A DNA stretch of 63,152 bases, the filler included, from Octopus bimaculoides (taxonomy: Eukaryota), in assembly GCF_001194135.2 (NCBI RefSeq). It is 6 parts of 6 records of this genome, joined end to end, with 100 filler letters (N's around TTAATTAATTAA, not from the genome) between each part and the next. Parts side by side here need not be neighbours in the genome. Positions count along the whole stretch, not along the records: positions 1 to 15,897 come from NC_069005.1; 5 more parts are not named here. One strand, 5' to 3'. Numbering within the stretch: position 1 is the stretch's first letter; each line of letters starts with the position of its first letter. The notes beneath the pieces were generated by a model, which worked only from the letters and a program-made list of their open reading frames with translations, ran no database searches and was not told the DNA's origin. The position numbers and the translations under genes are program-made. Below are positions 1-11,500 of the stretch, in pieces.

Positions 1-473
1 CCGACAGCACCACTCGAACCCTCAGCCACCGATGACGCTGTGGTTTCATGTTTGCTCGCACTGTCTCTATTCGCTCCAGCAGCGCCACCACCACCGCCCT
101 GTGGATGATTGTTACTGCTGTTGTTATTGTTGTGGTTGCTGTGGCTGCCGCCTCTTAGTCCGTGGTGGTGGTGGTGTTGGTGGTTGTGGTGGTGAGAAAC
201 CTGTAAAATGGACAACGGTTGACGAGGACTGCGAGTCGGCGAGTTCCAAGCGGAAGATGAAGTAAAGCTTGGCGTGGCTGTTGTAGTTGTCGTGTTGGTG
301 TTGCTACTATTGCTGTAAATGCCAGTAGCACCTGCTGAACTTGCCGAACCGGGCCCATCGGCTTGCACGAATTGAGTTTTCGTAGGGCTTAGAATCACCG
401 CTAAACAGCGCGAGGTAACACAGACGTTCTTCGATGCCGATCGGCAATCATCTTGGTTGGTTTTCGAAGACAT
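1..473 (-). CDS. Partial CDS (N-terminal low-complexity region of an unidentified protein), open off the left window edge
   Basis: Manual translation from ATG at 473: MSSKTNQDDCRSASKNVCVTSRCLAVILSPTKTQFVQADGPGSASSAGATGIYSNSSNTNTTTTTATPSFTSSSAWNSPTRSPRQPLSILQVSHHHNHQHHHHHGLRGGSHSNHNNNNSSNNHPQGGGGAAGANRDSASKHETTASSVAEGSSGAV; 157 codons with no stop, GC/CpG-rich, in-frame TGA upstream. No recognisable domain. Confidence 0.6.
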   Translation of the reverse strand, partial: MSSKTNQDDCRSASKNVCVTSRCLAVILSPTKTQFVQADGPGSASSAGATGIYSNSSNTNTTTTTATPSFTSSSAWNSPTRSPRQPLSILQVSHHHNHQHHHHHGLRGGSHSNHNNNNSSNNHPQGGGGGAAGANRDSASKHETTASSVAEGSSGAV

Positions 474-599
474 TTCACTTCTGCGCCAATCTTTGGACCA
501 TTCTAAGTTAGGTTCGGTTTCCACGTCTCACAGACTTGCTGGGTTTTTTGGTGCGAGGGTGTGGGGTCTGTATTCCAAATAAATATAAATATATTTCTA

Positions 600-790
600 T
601 AATCTATCCGTTGAGGGGTTATTTACAGCACAAAGCAGCAGCCTCACTGCTCTGACCAGACGAAGATCGCTAAAAGAGGCGGGGGGAAACACGGATCGCT
701 TTTCACAGTGACATTGGAGTGTCGTAGCAATTGCCATTTAATAGTGTCATTTGAGCCACCTAGCGGCTGACTACAACAGTAAATCCAACA
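600..790 (-). promoter_or_regulatory. Putative promoter region of the 473-ATG gene with CTCF-like site
   Basis: CpG-rich stretch upstream of the CDS; GAGGCGGGGGG GC-box-like run near 676-686; GCCACCTAGCGGC at 755-767 (revcomp GCCGCTAGGTGGC) matches the CTCF core. Confidence 0.4.
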
Positions 791-959
791 TGATTATCTC
801 CCCTTTGTTTTCTCTTCCTTTCTCTCCCTACCCTTCTCTCTCTCTCTCTCTCTGGAGAATATTGCATTAGACCCGTTTTTTTCTGAGTGACTCTGCTTAT
901 CTCTCCTTAACATATAACTATTCGACTGTCTTAACATCCACTAATTTTTCTGCTCTCTC

Positions 960-1380
960 ACTCTATCTATCTATCTCTCTACTTATCTATCTGTCTGTGT
1001 GTGTGCCTGACTATCTATCTACTTATCTATCTGTCTATCTATCTATCTATCTATCTACTTATCTATCTATCTATCTATCTATCTATCTCTATCTATATAC
1101 AAATATATATATGTGTGTGTGTATGTATGTATGAAATTTATATCCAAACACACATATTCATTGTGTGTGTGTGTATTATACATACATAAACACACACAGA
1201 ACATATGTATGTACAAACATATATATATACAAACATAAATATGCATGTATATGTGTGTGCATGTATATATATATATGTGTGTGTTTGTGTGCGTGTGTGT
1301 GTATGTATGTTATGTATGTATGCACACATATATATACACACACACGCACGTGCATGCATATATGTACACAAATATATAAG
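960..1380. repeat. Compound microsatellite (TCTA)n/(TA)n/(TG)n/(TATG)n
   Basis: Direct reading of simple repeats. Confidence 0.95.
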
Positions 1381-1621
1381 TGCGTATCAGGTTCCTTCCC
1401 ACTGCATGGCACCTTGAACAGATGTTCCCTACTGTAGCCCCAAGTCAACCAAAGCCTTATGAGTAGGTTTGATAGATGCAAGCTACGGCTGGATACCCTT
1501 TCTGGTGCCAACCATTTTGCAGAGTGTGCTGGGTGCATTTTATCATAGCATGAACACTGGAGAGGCTATTGTCTTCTTTGAAACTAAGGTATCTTCAGGG
1601 TATGTATGTGTATGTGTGTGT

Positions 1622-1770
1622 ATGTGGCTGTATGGTAAGACATTTGTTTCCCAACTACACGGCTCTGGGTTCAGTCCCACTACATGCAACCTTAGACAAG
1701 TGTCTTCTACTACAGCCTTGGGCTAACCAAAGCCTTGTGAATAGATTGTGTGTGTGTGTGTATGTGTGTC
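1622..1770 (+). mobile_element. tRNA-derived SINE family B head (a further partial head at ~1385-1470)
   Basis: TGGCTGTATGGTAAGAC...GGGTTCAGTCCCAC...CCTTAGACAAGTGTCTTCTACTACAGCC...AAAGCCTTGTGA followed by (TG)n; recurs many times in the window. Confidence 0.8.
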
Positions 1771-1794
1771 TCCTATTTTTTAATTATTATATAA

Positions 1795-2525
1795 ATCCTC
1801 TACTGAGGAGGGAGGTGGTTTCCAACAAAGATACAAGGCTCCATCTTTGAGATGTAGTTAACACAGACAAATTCACATTTAGAACTTGAGAAAAGTCTAG
1901 CATATGTTTACTGTTCCACTCACAGATTGCACTTGTAATATACGAATCAGCTGGTCAGTTTCTCTTTCTGAAAATCCCAGTTTATTCAGATTCTCCTTTA
2001 AGCATTTACTAACAAAACCTAGTGCTCCAATTATTATTGGTATGAATATGAATTCATAGTCTGGATATTAGAAGCTGGAGGTTTCAAAGCAGTTATCCAC
2101 AGATATCCTCTTTCTCTTTGATTTTCAAAGGGATATTTATATCTGCAGGGCAGCTGACCTCTATGATGGTACATACATTTGCCCCTCAGTCCCAAAGAAC
2201 AATATCCGGCCTGTTATGTTTACATTTGACACAAGTTTTGATGGGAATAATCCACCAGTATTCCTTGAGTTGGTGTTCATGAATGTATTCCATAACAGAG
2301 GGATTTTCAAAGTTTATTTCAGGACAGTCTTTTTTGCGGATGGCATTGTAAATTGTTTTAGCAACAACATCATGCTACATAGGGAGGTAGTACCGTGACA
2401 ACATTTTAGGATAGCTGCTAATCACATGTGTAATGCCTTCCACAGAAACATGACATAGCCTACACATGTGGTTGCAACTTGGGATTACAAGAACATCACT
2501 GTCTCTCTTGTTCACCAGTCACTTT
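1795..2525 (-). mobile_element. Degenerate 3' end of an RLE-endonuclease non-LTR retrotransposon (R4/Dong-like), family 1
   Basis: Minus-strand translation with stops and frameshifts: CNHMCRLCHVSVEGITHVISSYPKMLSRYYLPM*HDVVAKTIYNAIRKK...EYWWIIPIKTCVKCKHNRPDIVLWD*GANVCTIIEVSCPADINIPLKIKEK...SGTVNIC*TFLKF*; CCHC knuckle, RHD-like, PD and E-x-x-C-P motifs of RLE LINEs. Confidence 0.85.
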
Positions 2526-2779
2526 GTATGTATGTAGGTATGCATGTATGTACGTATGCGTGTATGTGTGTATGTATGTATATGAATATATATTTATACA
2601 TATAAGCAAGATGTGAGTCCATTGAAATATAGAGAGTTCCCAGATCATTCCCTTAGCAAACCCTACAATGTGCTGACTTTCAGGAGTCTATTCATGAAGA
2701 ACCATCGAATTAGATGGATCATGGCAGAAAAAATTGCTTTGAGGTAGATGTGAACCAGGAGAGGAAAGATGTGTGTGTG

Positions 2780-2990
2780 TGGCATCTTGGGCAAGTGTCC
2801 TCTCCTACAGCCAAGGGCCAACCAAAGCCTTGTAAGTGGATTTGAATGATGGAAACTGAAAGAAGCCCGTTGTGTGTGTGTGTGTGTCTGTGTCTGTGTG
2901 TCTGTGTCTTTGTGTCTGTTTGTCCACCATTACTGCTTGACAACTGGTATTGGTGTGCTTCTATCTCCATTGCTTAATGGTTTGGCAAAA
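2780..2990 (+). mobile_element. SINE family B fragment (CORE-like start, (TG)n, start of tail)
   Basis: GGCATCTTGGGCAAGTGTCC...AAAGCCTTGTAAGTGGATTTG...GGAAACTGAAAGAAGCCCGT then (TG)n and TTGACAACTGGTATTGGTGTG. Confidence 0.75.
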
Positions 2991-3699
2991 GAGCTTCTGC
3001 ATATTTGGCCCAGAATGGTCAAGCCAAGGTCACAGTAACCGCTGACCTTAAATCCAAAGCTAGATGGCCAAGTGGATGTGTAGACGCTCGAGCAGAGACA
3101 AGCAGGTGTTGGTTCAGATATGGAACCTCTAATTTCCAACGCTTCTAAGCCTGATACCATCGTCTCTAGGCAGGGTGGTAGTTAACGAGATCACAAACGA
3201 AGAGATAATAAGCAGTTTTGTGCAGTGAGTAATGGTAACATGTCACACTTGTAAAATTTTGCTTGAGGGCGGGGAGGGGGATAGAGAAGAGGGAGACAGA
3301 AAGAAAGAAAGAGAGAAAGAGAGAGGGAAAGAAAGAAAGAATAGGCTGTAATAATAATAACTAGCTTATTTTGGGTGGTTACACAAAAGCTGCCATCACC
3401 AAGACACCACCACCACCACTACCACCACCACCACCACCACTACCACCACCACCACCACCACCACCACCNNNNNNNNNNNNNNNNNNNNNNNNNNNNNNNN
3501 NNNNNNNNNNNNNNNNNNNNNNNNNNNNNNNNNNNNNNNNNNNNNNNNNNNNNNNNNNNNNNNNNNTTAAGTCGATTACATCAACCCCAGAGTGAATCTG
3601 ATACTAATTTTATCGACCCCGAAAGGATGACACCTTCTTAATAATAATAATAAGGTGTATAATTAACACCTTACTCTCATCATGGTCGTTAAAAGCTTC

Positions 3700-4040
3700 T
3701 TGGTGGAGGCGGAGGTATTGTTTTCAGTTGTGTTTGTTTATTTGTCCGTGGACAAGATATCTCAAGAACCGCTGAATGGATTCAGATGAAACTTTCTGGG
3801 ATGTTTGGCCTCATGACTGGCACAAACTGATTAGATTTTGAGATCGATCCAGTACCACACAAGGATTCTGGATTATTTTTTTCCTGTTTTTTTGCCTAAG
3901 TTTTGAGAGCGGTTGAATTCATTTTTAGTATTCTCGTTTGTGAGAGCAGTCGAGTTTATTTCAGATATTCTCATTTTAAAAATCATCTCTGGCCAATCGT
4001 TGAGAGGACGTTGGTGTTGCCTCACTGGGTGCTCTTGTTC
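3700..4040 (+). mobile_element. Non-autonomous Helentron/HINE-like element
   Basis: GGCGGAGGTATTGTTTTCAGTTGTGTTTGTTTATTTGTCCGTGGACAAGATATCTCAAGAACCGCTGAATGGATTCAGATGAAACTT... ending TTGGTGTTGCC...GGGTGCTCTTGTT; the 3' 90 bp matches 13391-13500 in reverse. Resemblance to HINE/DINE cores is from recalled consensus. Confidence 0.55.
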
Positions 4041-4663
4041 TCCAGTTGCATTCTTAACAAAGCTTGTTGTTGAACATAACCTAGGATCATAATGATTTGT
4101 ATTGGGCGAACCACAATTCTAAGATCGTCAAAAAGAAGGAAAGTGTCTAACCATTATTCAGCGAGACCCTTTGTTTGTCACTCACAAGTTACTACGTAAT
4201 GCTAAAGATGGTTATGCTACGTCCATACTTACAGTTTGCATTTTCCCAATTCATTCGACTAAAAATTTCAAGGTGGTACCCGAAGCTTGGTCGCAGTCGA
4301 ATGGCTGAAACGAATAAAAGAACTGCAAACTACAAGTGATGTTGGGAAGGACCAAGCATGGTTGAATAGTTCAGAGGTTCGCTTCGCAGCCAAAACATCA
4401 CGGATGCGATTATTTTAAGCAACAGTTTGTCATGCAAGATGTTATACTTAAACCTTTAACTACGAAATTAAATTCCATTGTTATTCCAGGAATGATGTTA
4501 ATTATCTATCAAAGCATAGAATTAGTATTTTCTGCAAGTCACGTTGCCTCAGTAAACTTGATACATCTCAACAGAAATATATGTGATATATATATGATTT
4601 TCTGCAGTACAATAGGTTAAGGGGTTACGAGAGAAAGTGAATTGTTATTGTCATCGTTTAGCC

Positions 4664-4949
4664 CAGGGGTTTTCAAACTTTTTGACTTGCGGGCCCCTTT
4701 ATATTTCAGGCTTTACCCTTATAAACGCTTATGAAATTTATACATAAATATTTGCTTAAAATAACATATATTTTTACATTTATTTATTTAACAGTATTTA
4801 ACAAATAGGTTTATTGTCAATTAAAAGATTTCGATTAAAAAACATATATAAAATCAAATTGCCCATAAAAAGTATTTGCTGTCTACGGACCCCCTGTTTT
4901 GTCCTTGCGGACCCCCTGTGGTCTGCGGACCACAGTTTGAAAACCCCTG
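4664..4949. mobile_element. hAT-superfamily MITE, 286 bp
   Basis: Perfect 16-bp TIRs CAGGGGTTTTCAAACT / AGTTTGAAAACCCCTG and perfect 8-bp TSD GTTTAGCC (4656-4663, 4950-4957). Confidence 0.95.
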
Positions 4950-5503
4950 GTTTAGCCCCAGACCAGCCCTAAATCAAAGCCGACCGCTATGACTCAAAAG
5001 CGTTTCTGTTGGGTGACTATCTTATCAGTTTGTGATAGAAGGGACAGTTAAAGAGATATTACTTAAACTTTTCTCAACAACACTAAGAGTAAAAGATTCT
5101 ACCAGTGTCCCAAGTTTGAAAGTGTTTCGTTAAGAAAACAAGTGGTGTCCGCCAAATCAGAAAGATCCGATATTATACAGCTTGTTAGTTGAGAGGTTAG
5201 GTAGGCGTGTATATTCGAAGCCAAAAACAGAGAAAGTCACAGAAGAGAAAACAAAAAAATGTAGAAAACGACATAATTATCCAACAGGATACTGTTGGTA
5301 TCCCACCTCAAAAAAGAATTTGTCGATGCCATGTGTAGCTACAATAACGACGGGAGAGTCACAAGATTGAGGTAGAATTTCTTGGTGGCAGGGGCGAACT
5401 GAGCCGTCGGTCAATCGGTCACTGCCTGAGGGCCCGGAGCTCTATAAGGCCTGCTCTCTACATGTTAACTCTCCTAAAATACACACTCAAAGGGGCCCAG
5501 TAA

Positions 5504-5919
5504 ACAGCTGAATTTCTTTCTCGAATGTTTTACATTGTTCAACCTACACAAATTAATCAGTGAAAAACAAAATAGGAATTTTGAGAGAAGTGTCTATAAA
5601 ACTAGTTTTTAAACTTCAAATGGCTTTGAAGATCCAAAAGAATAAAATAGCAGTCAAAGGGGTCCGTAGATAAAAAGTGGTTGAGAACCCCTGCTTTAAA
5701 TGTACGTATTGGTACGTATTGCAAGGAACAGCTGGGTTTCTTTCTCTAACATTTTACAAAGTTCAACCTGCACAAGTGAATGTGTGAAAAACGAAATAGG
5801 AATTTTGAAAGAAGTTTCTATAAAACTAGTTTTTAAACTTCAAATGGCTATGGGGTCCCCCAGAGTAAGATAGTAATTAAAGGGGCCCATTGGTAAAAAA
5901 AAATGTTTGAGTATCCCTG
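5504..5919. mobile_element. Two tandem diverged right-end fragments of a second hAT MITE family
   Basis: 5504-5693 and 5728-5919 share TTCAACCT.CACAA...ATAGGAATTTT.GA.AGAAGT.TCTATAAAACTAGTTTTTAAACTTCAAATGGCT and end in TIR-like TTGAGAACCCCTG / TTTGAGTATCCCTG. Confidence 0.75.
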
Positions 5920-6389
5920 GTCTAAGCCCTTCCGATAAAGTCGTGGCCTTCAGACGATGTCCAGCTGTTTTTTTTTTTTAATCCTCGGGGGTTTACTTAA
6001 ATTCAGCTGATCAAAAGACGCCCCAGATACAAGTACTCCTATTTTATCATACCTAATATATCTAGAACTACGTTGTGTGTCCGTACTTATTTGACATAGC
6101 CGAGTGTTATTTGTGAGAGGTTTAGCTGCTATTTCCAGCCAAAACATTATGGTCGCATTGTTTTCCCACTCTTCAAAGTGGAGATGGAAAGAGTTGTGTC
6201 CCTTACACGAGTTAATGAATTTACTTTGTAACAGATTTTTTTAAAAGAAAAAGACTTTTTAATTAAATTTTTACAAAGAAGGAATAGCCTATTTTGTTAC
6301 GAAAAAGCGAAGGCAAAGAAAATAAATGTTTCGCTTAGAAATGTCTGATTTGAAAAGAAATAAAACTCATATTTAACGATTAAACAAAA

Positions 6390-6550
6390 ACATGGCTGTG
6401 TGGTAAAACGTTTGCTTCCCAAGCATGAGGTCTTGGGTTCAGTCCCACTATATGGCAATTGGACAAGCGTTTTCTGCTATAGTCCCGAGCTCATCAAAGC
6501 TTTGTGTGTAGATTTAGTAGACGGAAACTAAAAGAAGCCCACTGTGTGTC
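6390..6550 (+). mobile_element. SINE family B head
   Basis: CATGGCTGTGTGGTAAAACGTTTGCTTCCC...GGGTTCAGTCCCAC...GGAAACTAAAAGAAGCCC. Confidence 0.8.
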
Positions 6551-7357
6551 TGTGTGTTCAATCACTGAAACAAGTAAACGATAGTGTTAGACAGGCAGAT
6601 TACGTAACATGTCTATAATATGCGTGGGATAATCTTCTGTGATAATCCAAAGATTATAAAATCAGATCTAACAGGGAACCGTGAAACCATTCGATCTGCT
6701 GGAAGCAGCCACCAAATCTTGCTTGGGTTTATATACCATATTGTCTCTTTAAAATGATACTTTGAATGGTACACTATGCCTTCAAAGCAGAACCGAAACG
6801 AAATGATTATTGCTGTGAGGCCTTTGATCACAGGGCTGACTGGGGATGATCAGGGCTCACTGGGGCTGATCAGGGCCCTTTTGAGGTTAAACAAAATCGA
6901 TGTTTCAACTAAAATATAAATACAGATTTCGTAAACGCCAAAGATCGTCATAGAAAGACTTTTAATCATTACAGATAACTGCATTTATTAAATATAGCAA
7001 TTTTATCTATATTAGTCGTTAATTTATTTAAATTATTAATAATAAATGATATGTTAAGATCAATAATTATTTTTATTAAATGGCATTTAAAATATCAAAA
7101 TGATTCGTTTCGAAACTAAGACTCAGAAACTGGTTATAACTGTCAATTTACATTATGTACGATAAGAAATTTTGACATTATTTTAATATCTGCACATTTT
7201 GAAAATAATTACTCCGTTTTATTTTTTAAATATTACAATGGATATTTACGGGTCATTTTTAAAACTTTTCTTTTTCTCTTTACGCGAACAGATATGTAAC
7301 GCAATCACTCCTTGTTCGAAACTAAAGTTAGGAGGCTGACTTTAGTTGTTTACTCAC

Positions 7358-7440
7358 CATCATGGCCAACACTGTCGTGTTCCGACGTCTGCTAAAATCT
7401 CTTCCGCTGAATTCTTCCTTCAGCAATGTTGATCGGTGAA
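7358..7440 (-). other. Candidate first exon with start codon(s) and consensus splice donor
   Basis: Minus strand reads ...CAGTGTTGGCC ATG ATG | GTGAGTAAAC (donor at 7357-7352) in a CpG-rich patch; the 5' boundary is a guess. Confidence 0.45.
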
Positions 7441-7913
7441 TAGAAACTTCAAATTTACTTTTGATGTACCCTATATATCTTCAGCAATTGTTTTAGCATC
7501 CGTCCCATATCTTCCTGTGATCTATAACATTAAAACTCAACGGAGAGTAAAGTATATTGTGAATACAAACACACACATTTATACAGCCTCTGTTTATAGT
7601 CACATCCCGTTTGCAATCGGCACAGTTTTCTGTGTTCTATTTACAGCAATTCCAGCTGTTGACACATTCGCGAAAAAAGTCAGAACTTGTGGTGTAAAAA
7701 TCTAATATAAATAATACTCTTGTGCTTTTCTCCGTCACAACATATGAATGAGAAAGGAAGGGGGCGATGGCAAACTGGTAGTGAGATGATGGAAATTCTA
7801 CGCTGAAAAATATCAAACAGCGCTTCAATTCTGTGTGGGTATATGTGTGCGTGTACATAGGAAGTATGTGACTACGTATGAGTCGGTATCCTTTCAGTGA
7901 CAAACGACGATCA

Positions 7914-8450
7914 ATGTCGCATCTCAAAAGACAACCACGAGATAACATTGACAAGTGTGTTAATTTGATTTACCATCCATATTCTATCTGTTTTGTTAAA
8001 AATAATTGTTACAACCACACACACCTATACAAACTCATTAGAGAAATAATTATTGCCTGAGTGTATCAAGAATATAAAACGACTGCAGTTGAAAGGTATA
8101 TTATAAATATACATCTTAATTTAACAGTTTATACATGTCCCTTTATTTATATTAAGAAATTTTTACCCAGAGTTCTTTCAGTAATTAACAATGATTGATG
8201 TCACATCTCAAAATACAACCACGAGATAACATTGACAAGTGTGTTAATTTGATTTACCATCCATATTCTATCTGTTTTGTTAAAAATAATTGTTACAACC
8301 ACACACACCTATACAAACTCATTAGAGAAAATAATTATTGCCTGAGTGTATCAAGAATATAAAACGACCACAGTTGATAGGTATATTATAAATACACATT
8401 TAACCGTTCATACATGTGCCTAATTTATATTAAGGAATTTATGCATAGGG
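7914..8450 (+). repeat. Tandem duplication of a 284-bp unit upstream of the Helitron ORF
   Basis: ATGTCGCATCTCAAAAGACAACCACGAGATAACATTGACAAG... at 7914 recurs as ATGTCACATCTCAAAATACAACCACGAGATAACATTGACAAG... at 8198; near-identical for about 190 bp, then diverging. Confidence 0.95.
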
Positions 8451-8525
8451 AGATTTTACATCAACTATAAGTCGTGGACTGCTTTTTGTGGCTTTAAGTC
8501 GTATGAGTTTAGGTTGGTTTCAATA

Positions 8526-11500
8526 ATGGAGAGCGCAATTGAAAGGAAACGTCGCTTAGCGAGAGAAAGACAGAGGAATTGCAGAGCAAGGCTCTCAGCT
8601 GAAAAATCTGCTGCCATCAGAAAGCAAGATAGAATTAGAGAAGCACGGCGCCGTAAGAATGAAACTGCTTTTGAAACTGATGCAAGGAGAAAATATCAAA
8701 GAGAAAAAATTTTGCAAAGGATTGCAAATGAAACAGAAGAAGAGACTCTTCAAAGACAGCAAAAGAATGCCAATGCAATGAGAGCTGCCCGTGTAAATAA
8801 TGCAGGTTTTATACCTGATAATTACACATATTCAGAAAACAGGGTCCACATTCATAACTGTGGAAATATGGATTCCATTTGCCAGTTTTGCTCAGGAAAA
8901 CATTTTTCTGCTGAGAAACCATCAGATGGACGTTTCAATAATTGTTGTCACAAAGGCAAAATTTTACGTCCTATCAGAAGAGAATTTCCACCATACTTAC
9001 TTTCATTGTTATCTGATCAAAATCATCCACATTATAGAAATTTCCAAGAAAACATTCGGTCATATAATTCATTACTATCATTCGCTTCGATTGGTGCTCA
9101 ACTGCAGAATCCACCTGGAAAAGGCCCGTTTTGTTTCCGTGTGCATGGACAAATTTACCACAGAGCTTCACATATTCATCCAAATGAAGGTAAACGAAGA
9201 CAAAATGCTCAACTTTATGTTGTAGACAGCACCCAAGCAACAGAAATAAGAGCTCAGAATCACACCAATTCAGGCTGCCTCCGAGAAGTGCTCGAAAACT
9301 TGGTTAATATTATTCTTAGCGATAATGTGTATGCTCATTGTTTTCAAACACTTCATGAAATTGAAGTACAAGAAGAACAGCGTACTCAAGAAGAAAACAT
9401 TGATATGCCAAGGGTCAACTTAGTATTCAACAGAGATTGTATTAACGACAGAAGGAGATACAATTTGCCAACAGTCAATGAAATTGCTATTGTATTCAGA
9501 AACGAAGAAGGTGAACCTCCGTTTCATAGAGATTTTAAAGTGTATCCAAGGAACTCTGAGGTTCCAACTATAAATCTTGACATCTTGAGCCCAGAACTTG
9601 ATCCAATGACGTACGTATTGTTTTTCCCACACGGTGAACCAGGATGGCAACCACACATGGCTGGAAATCGTGATGACCAGCAACGACAAAACATTTCAAT
9701 GCTTCAACATAAAATATCTTTAACTGCTGTAAGGGATAATGAATTCAATCCCCTTTTGCACGGGGGAAAACTTTTTCAACAATGGGTTGTAGATTCTTAC
9801 TTGCAAGTTGAAGCTTACAATTTAAATTACATACGAACACAACAAAACCATCTGAAAGCGGAACAACATCAAGGACTTGCTGACCATTTAACCAATGCAG
9901 CAAATGCTGAAGATGCTCGAATCGGATGGACGGGATCAGCAAGAAATATGAGAGAACAATACCAAGATGCATTAGCAATTGTGAGAAAATTTGGCCCCCC
10001 TGATATATTTCTTACGATGACATGCAATCCTAATTGGCCCGAGATACAAAACAACCTTTTTCCAGGTCAAACAGCCTCCAGTAGACCAGATTTAGTGGCT
10101 CGGGTGTTCAATATTAAGTTGCAGGAATTGATAATTGATGTAACAAAAAGACATGTGATTGGCCGAGTTGTCGCACATTGTTACACCATAGAATTTCCAA
10201 AGAGAGGACTACCACACGCCCGTTTATTATTAATATTTCATCCAGAAGATAAACCAAACTCAGCTGAAAGAATCGACAAAATTGTGTGTGCTGAAATTCC
10301 TGACCCAGAGACAGAATCAGTACTCTATGAAATTGTTAAGAAATTTATGATTCACGGTCCTTGTGGTGAGCAAAACCTTAACGCGTCATGCATGGAAAAT
10401 AACGACTGCTCAAAAGGTTTTCCCAAACAGTTTCAACAGGAAACCTTTAAAATCCCAGATAGTTATCCATCCTACAGAAGACGTCCAGGTTCAACATTAA
10501 ACATCGGTCAGAAAGTGGTGGACAACCGATACGTTGAACCTTATAACAAATATTTAAGTCATAAATACAACTGCCACCTCAGTGTAGAAATTTGCACCTT
10601 CATCGGGTCCGTGAAATATGTGTACAAATATATATACAAAGACTATGATTCCATAACTGTAGGCATCAGCGAACACAATGAAATCAAGAACTTTCTGGAT
10701 GCGAGATATGTGAGTGCTCCCGAAGGAATGTGGAGATTGCTTGAATTCAAAATGCATGACAAATCCCATACAATTATTCACCTTCCTGTTCATCTCCCGC
10801 AGGAACAGCCCGTCTATTTTGAGGAGGGACAAGAAAGACGAGCGCTAGAAAGAGCTGCCCAACGCAATACTCCTCTAACAGCATGGTTCTTGCTCAACCA
10901 AAAGGATGAAAATGCAAGACAATATCTATATGGGGACATTCCTTATCATTATGTCTACAACAAGAAAATGACGCAGTGGACTCCCAGACAACGTGGAGCT
11001 GACAAAATCATAAGTGAAATGTGTTCTGTCAACCCCAAGTATCAAGAGAGATTTTACATGAGACTTTTGTTGCTACATGTTAAAGGATCTCGAAGTTTCG
11101 AAGAACTGAAAACGGTGGATGGCGTCATATGCAGCAGCTATAAAGAAGCAGCAGAGTGCCGGCAGTTGGTTCAAAATGATGATGAGTGCTTAGAAGAGGC
11201 TTCTTTGACAAATATGCCAAATGAGCTCCGGCAGCTGTTTGCACACATTTGTATTTTCAATAATCCGGTCAATCCTGACGTGCTGTTCAACAACTTTGAA
11301 GAAAGCTTGACTGAAGACTTCCTTAAAAATCACACCAGAACAATCTCAGTACAACTGGCTTTACGAGAAATTGAAACCACATTGTCCTTGTATGGTTTGA
11401 CATGTCAAAAGTTGCATCTTCCAATTGATGATATGTCTTTGATGAATTCTCAGAATGTAAAACAAATCCAGGATGACCTTGAAGTGGAAGCACAAATTAC

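Noticed and set aside
1001-1538. [12 protein letters not shown]-type ORFs here and throughout the window
   Set aside because: Translations of dinucleotide and tetranucleotide microsatellites.
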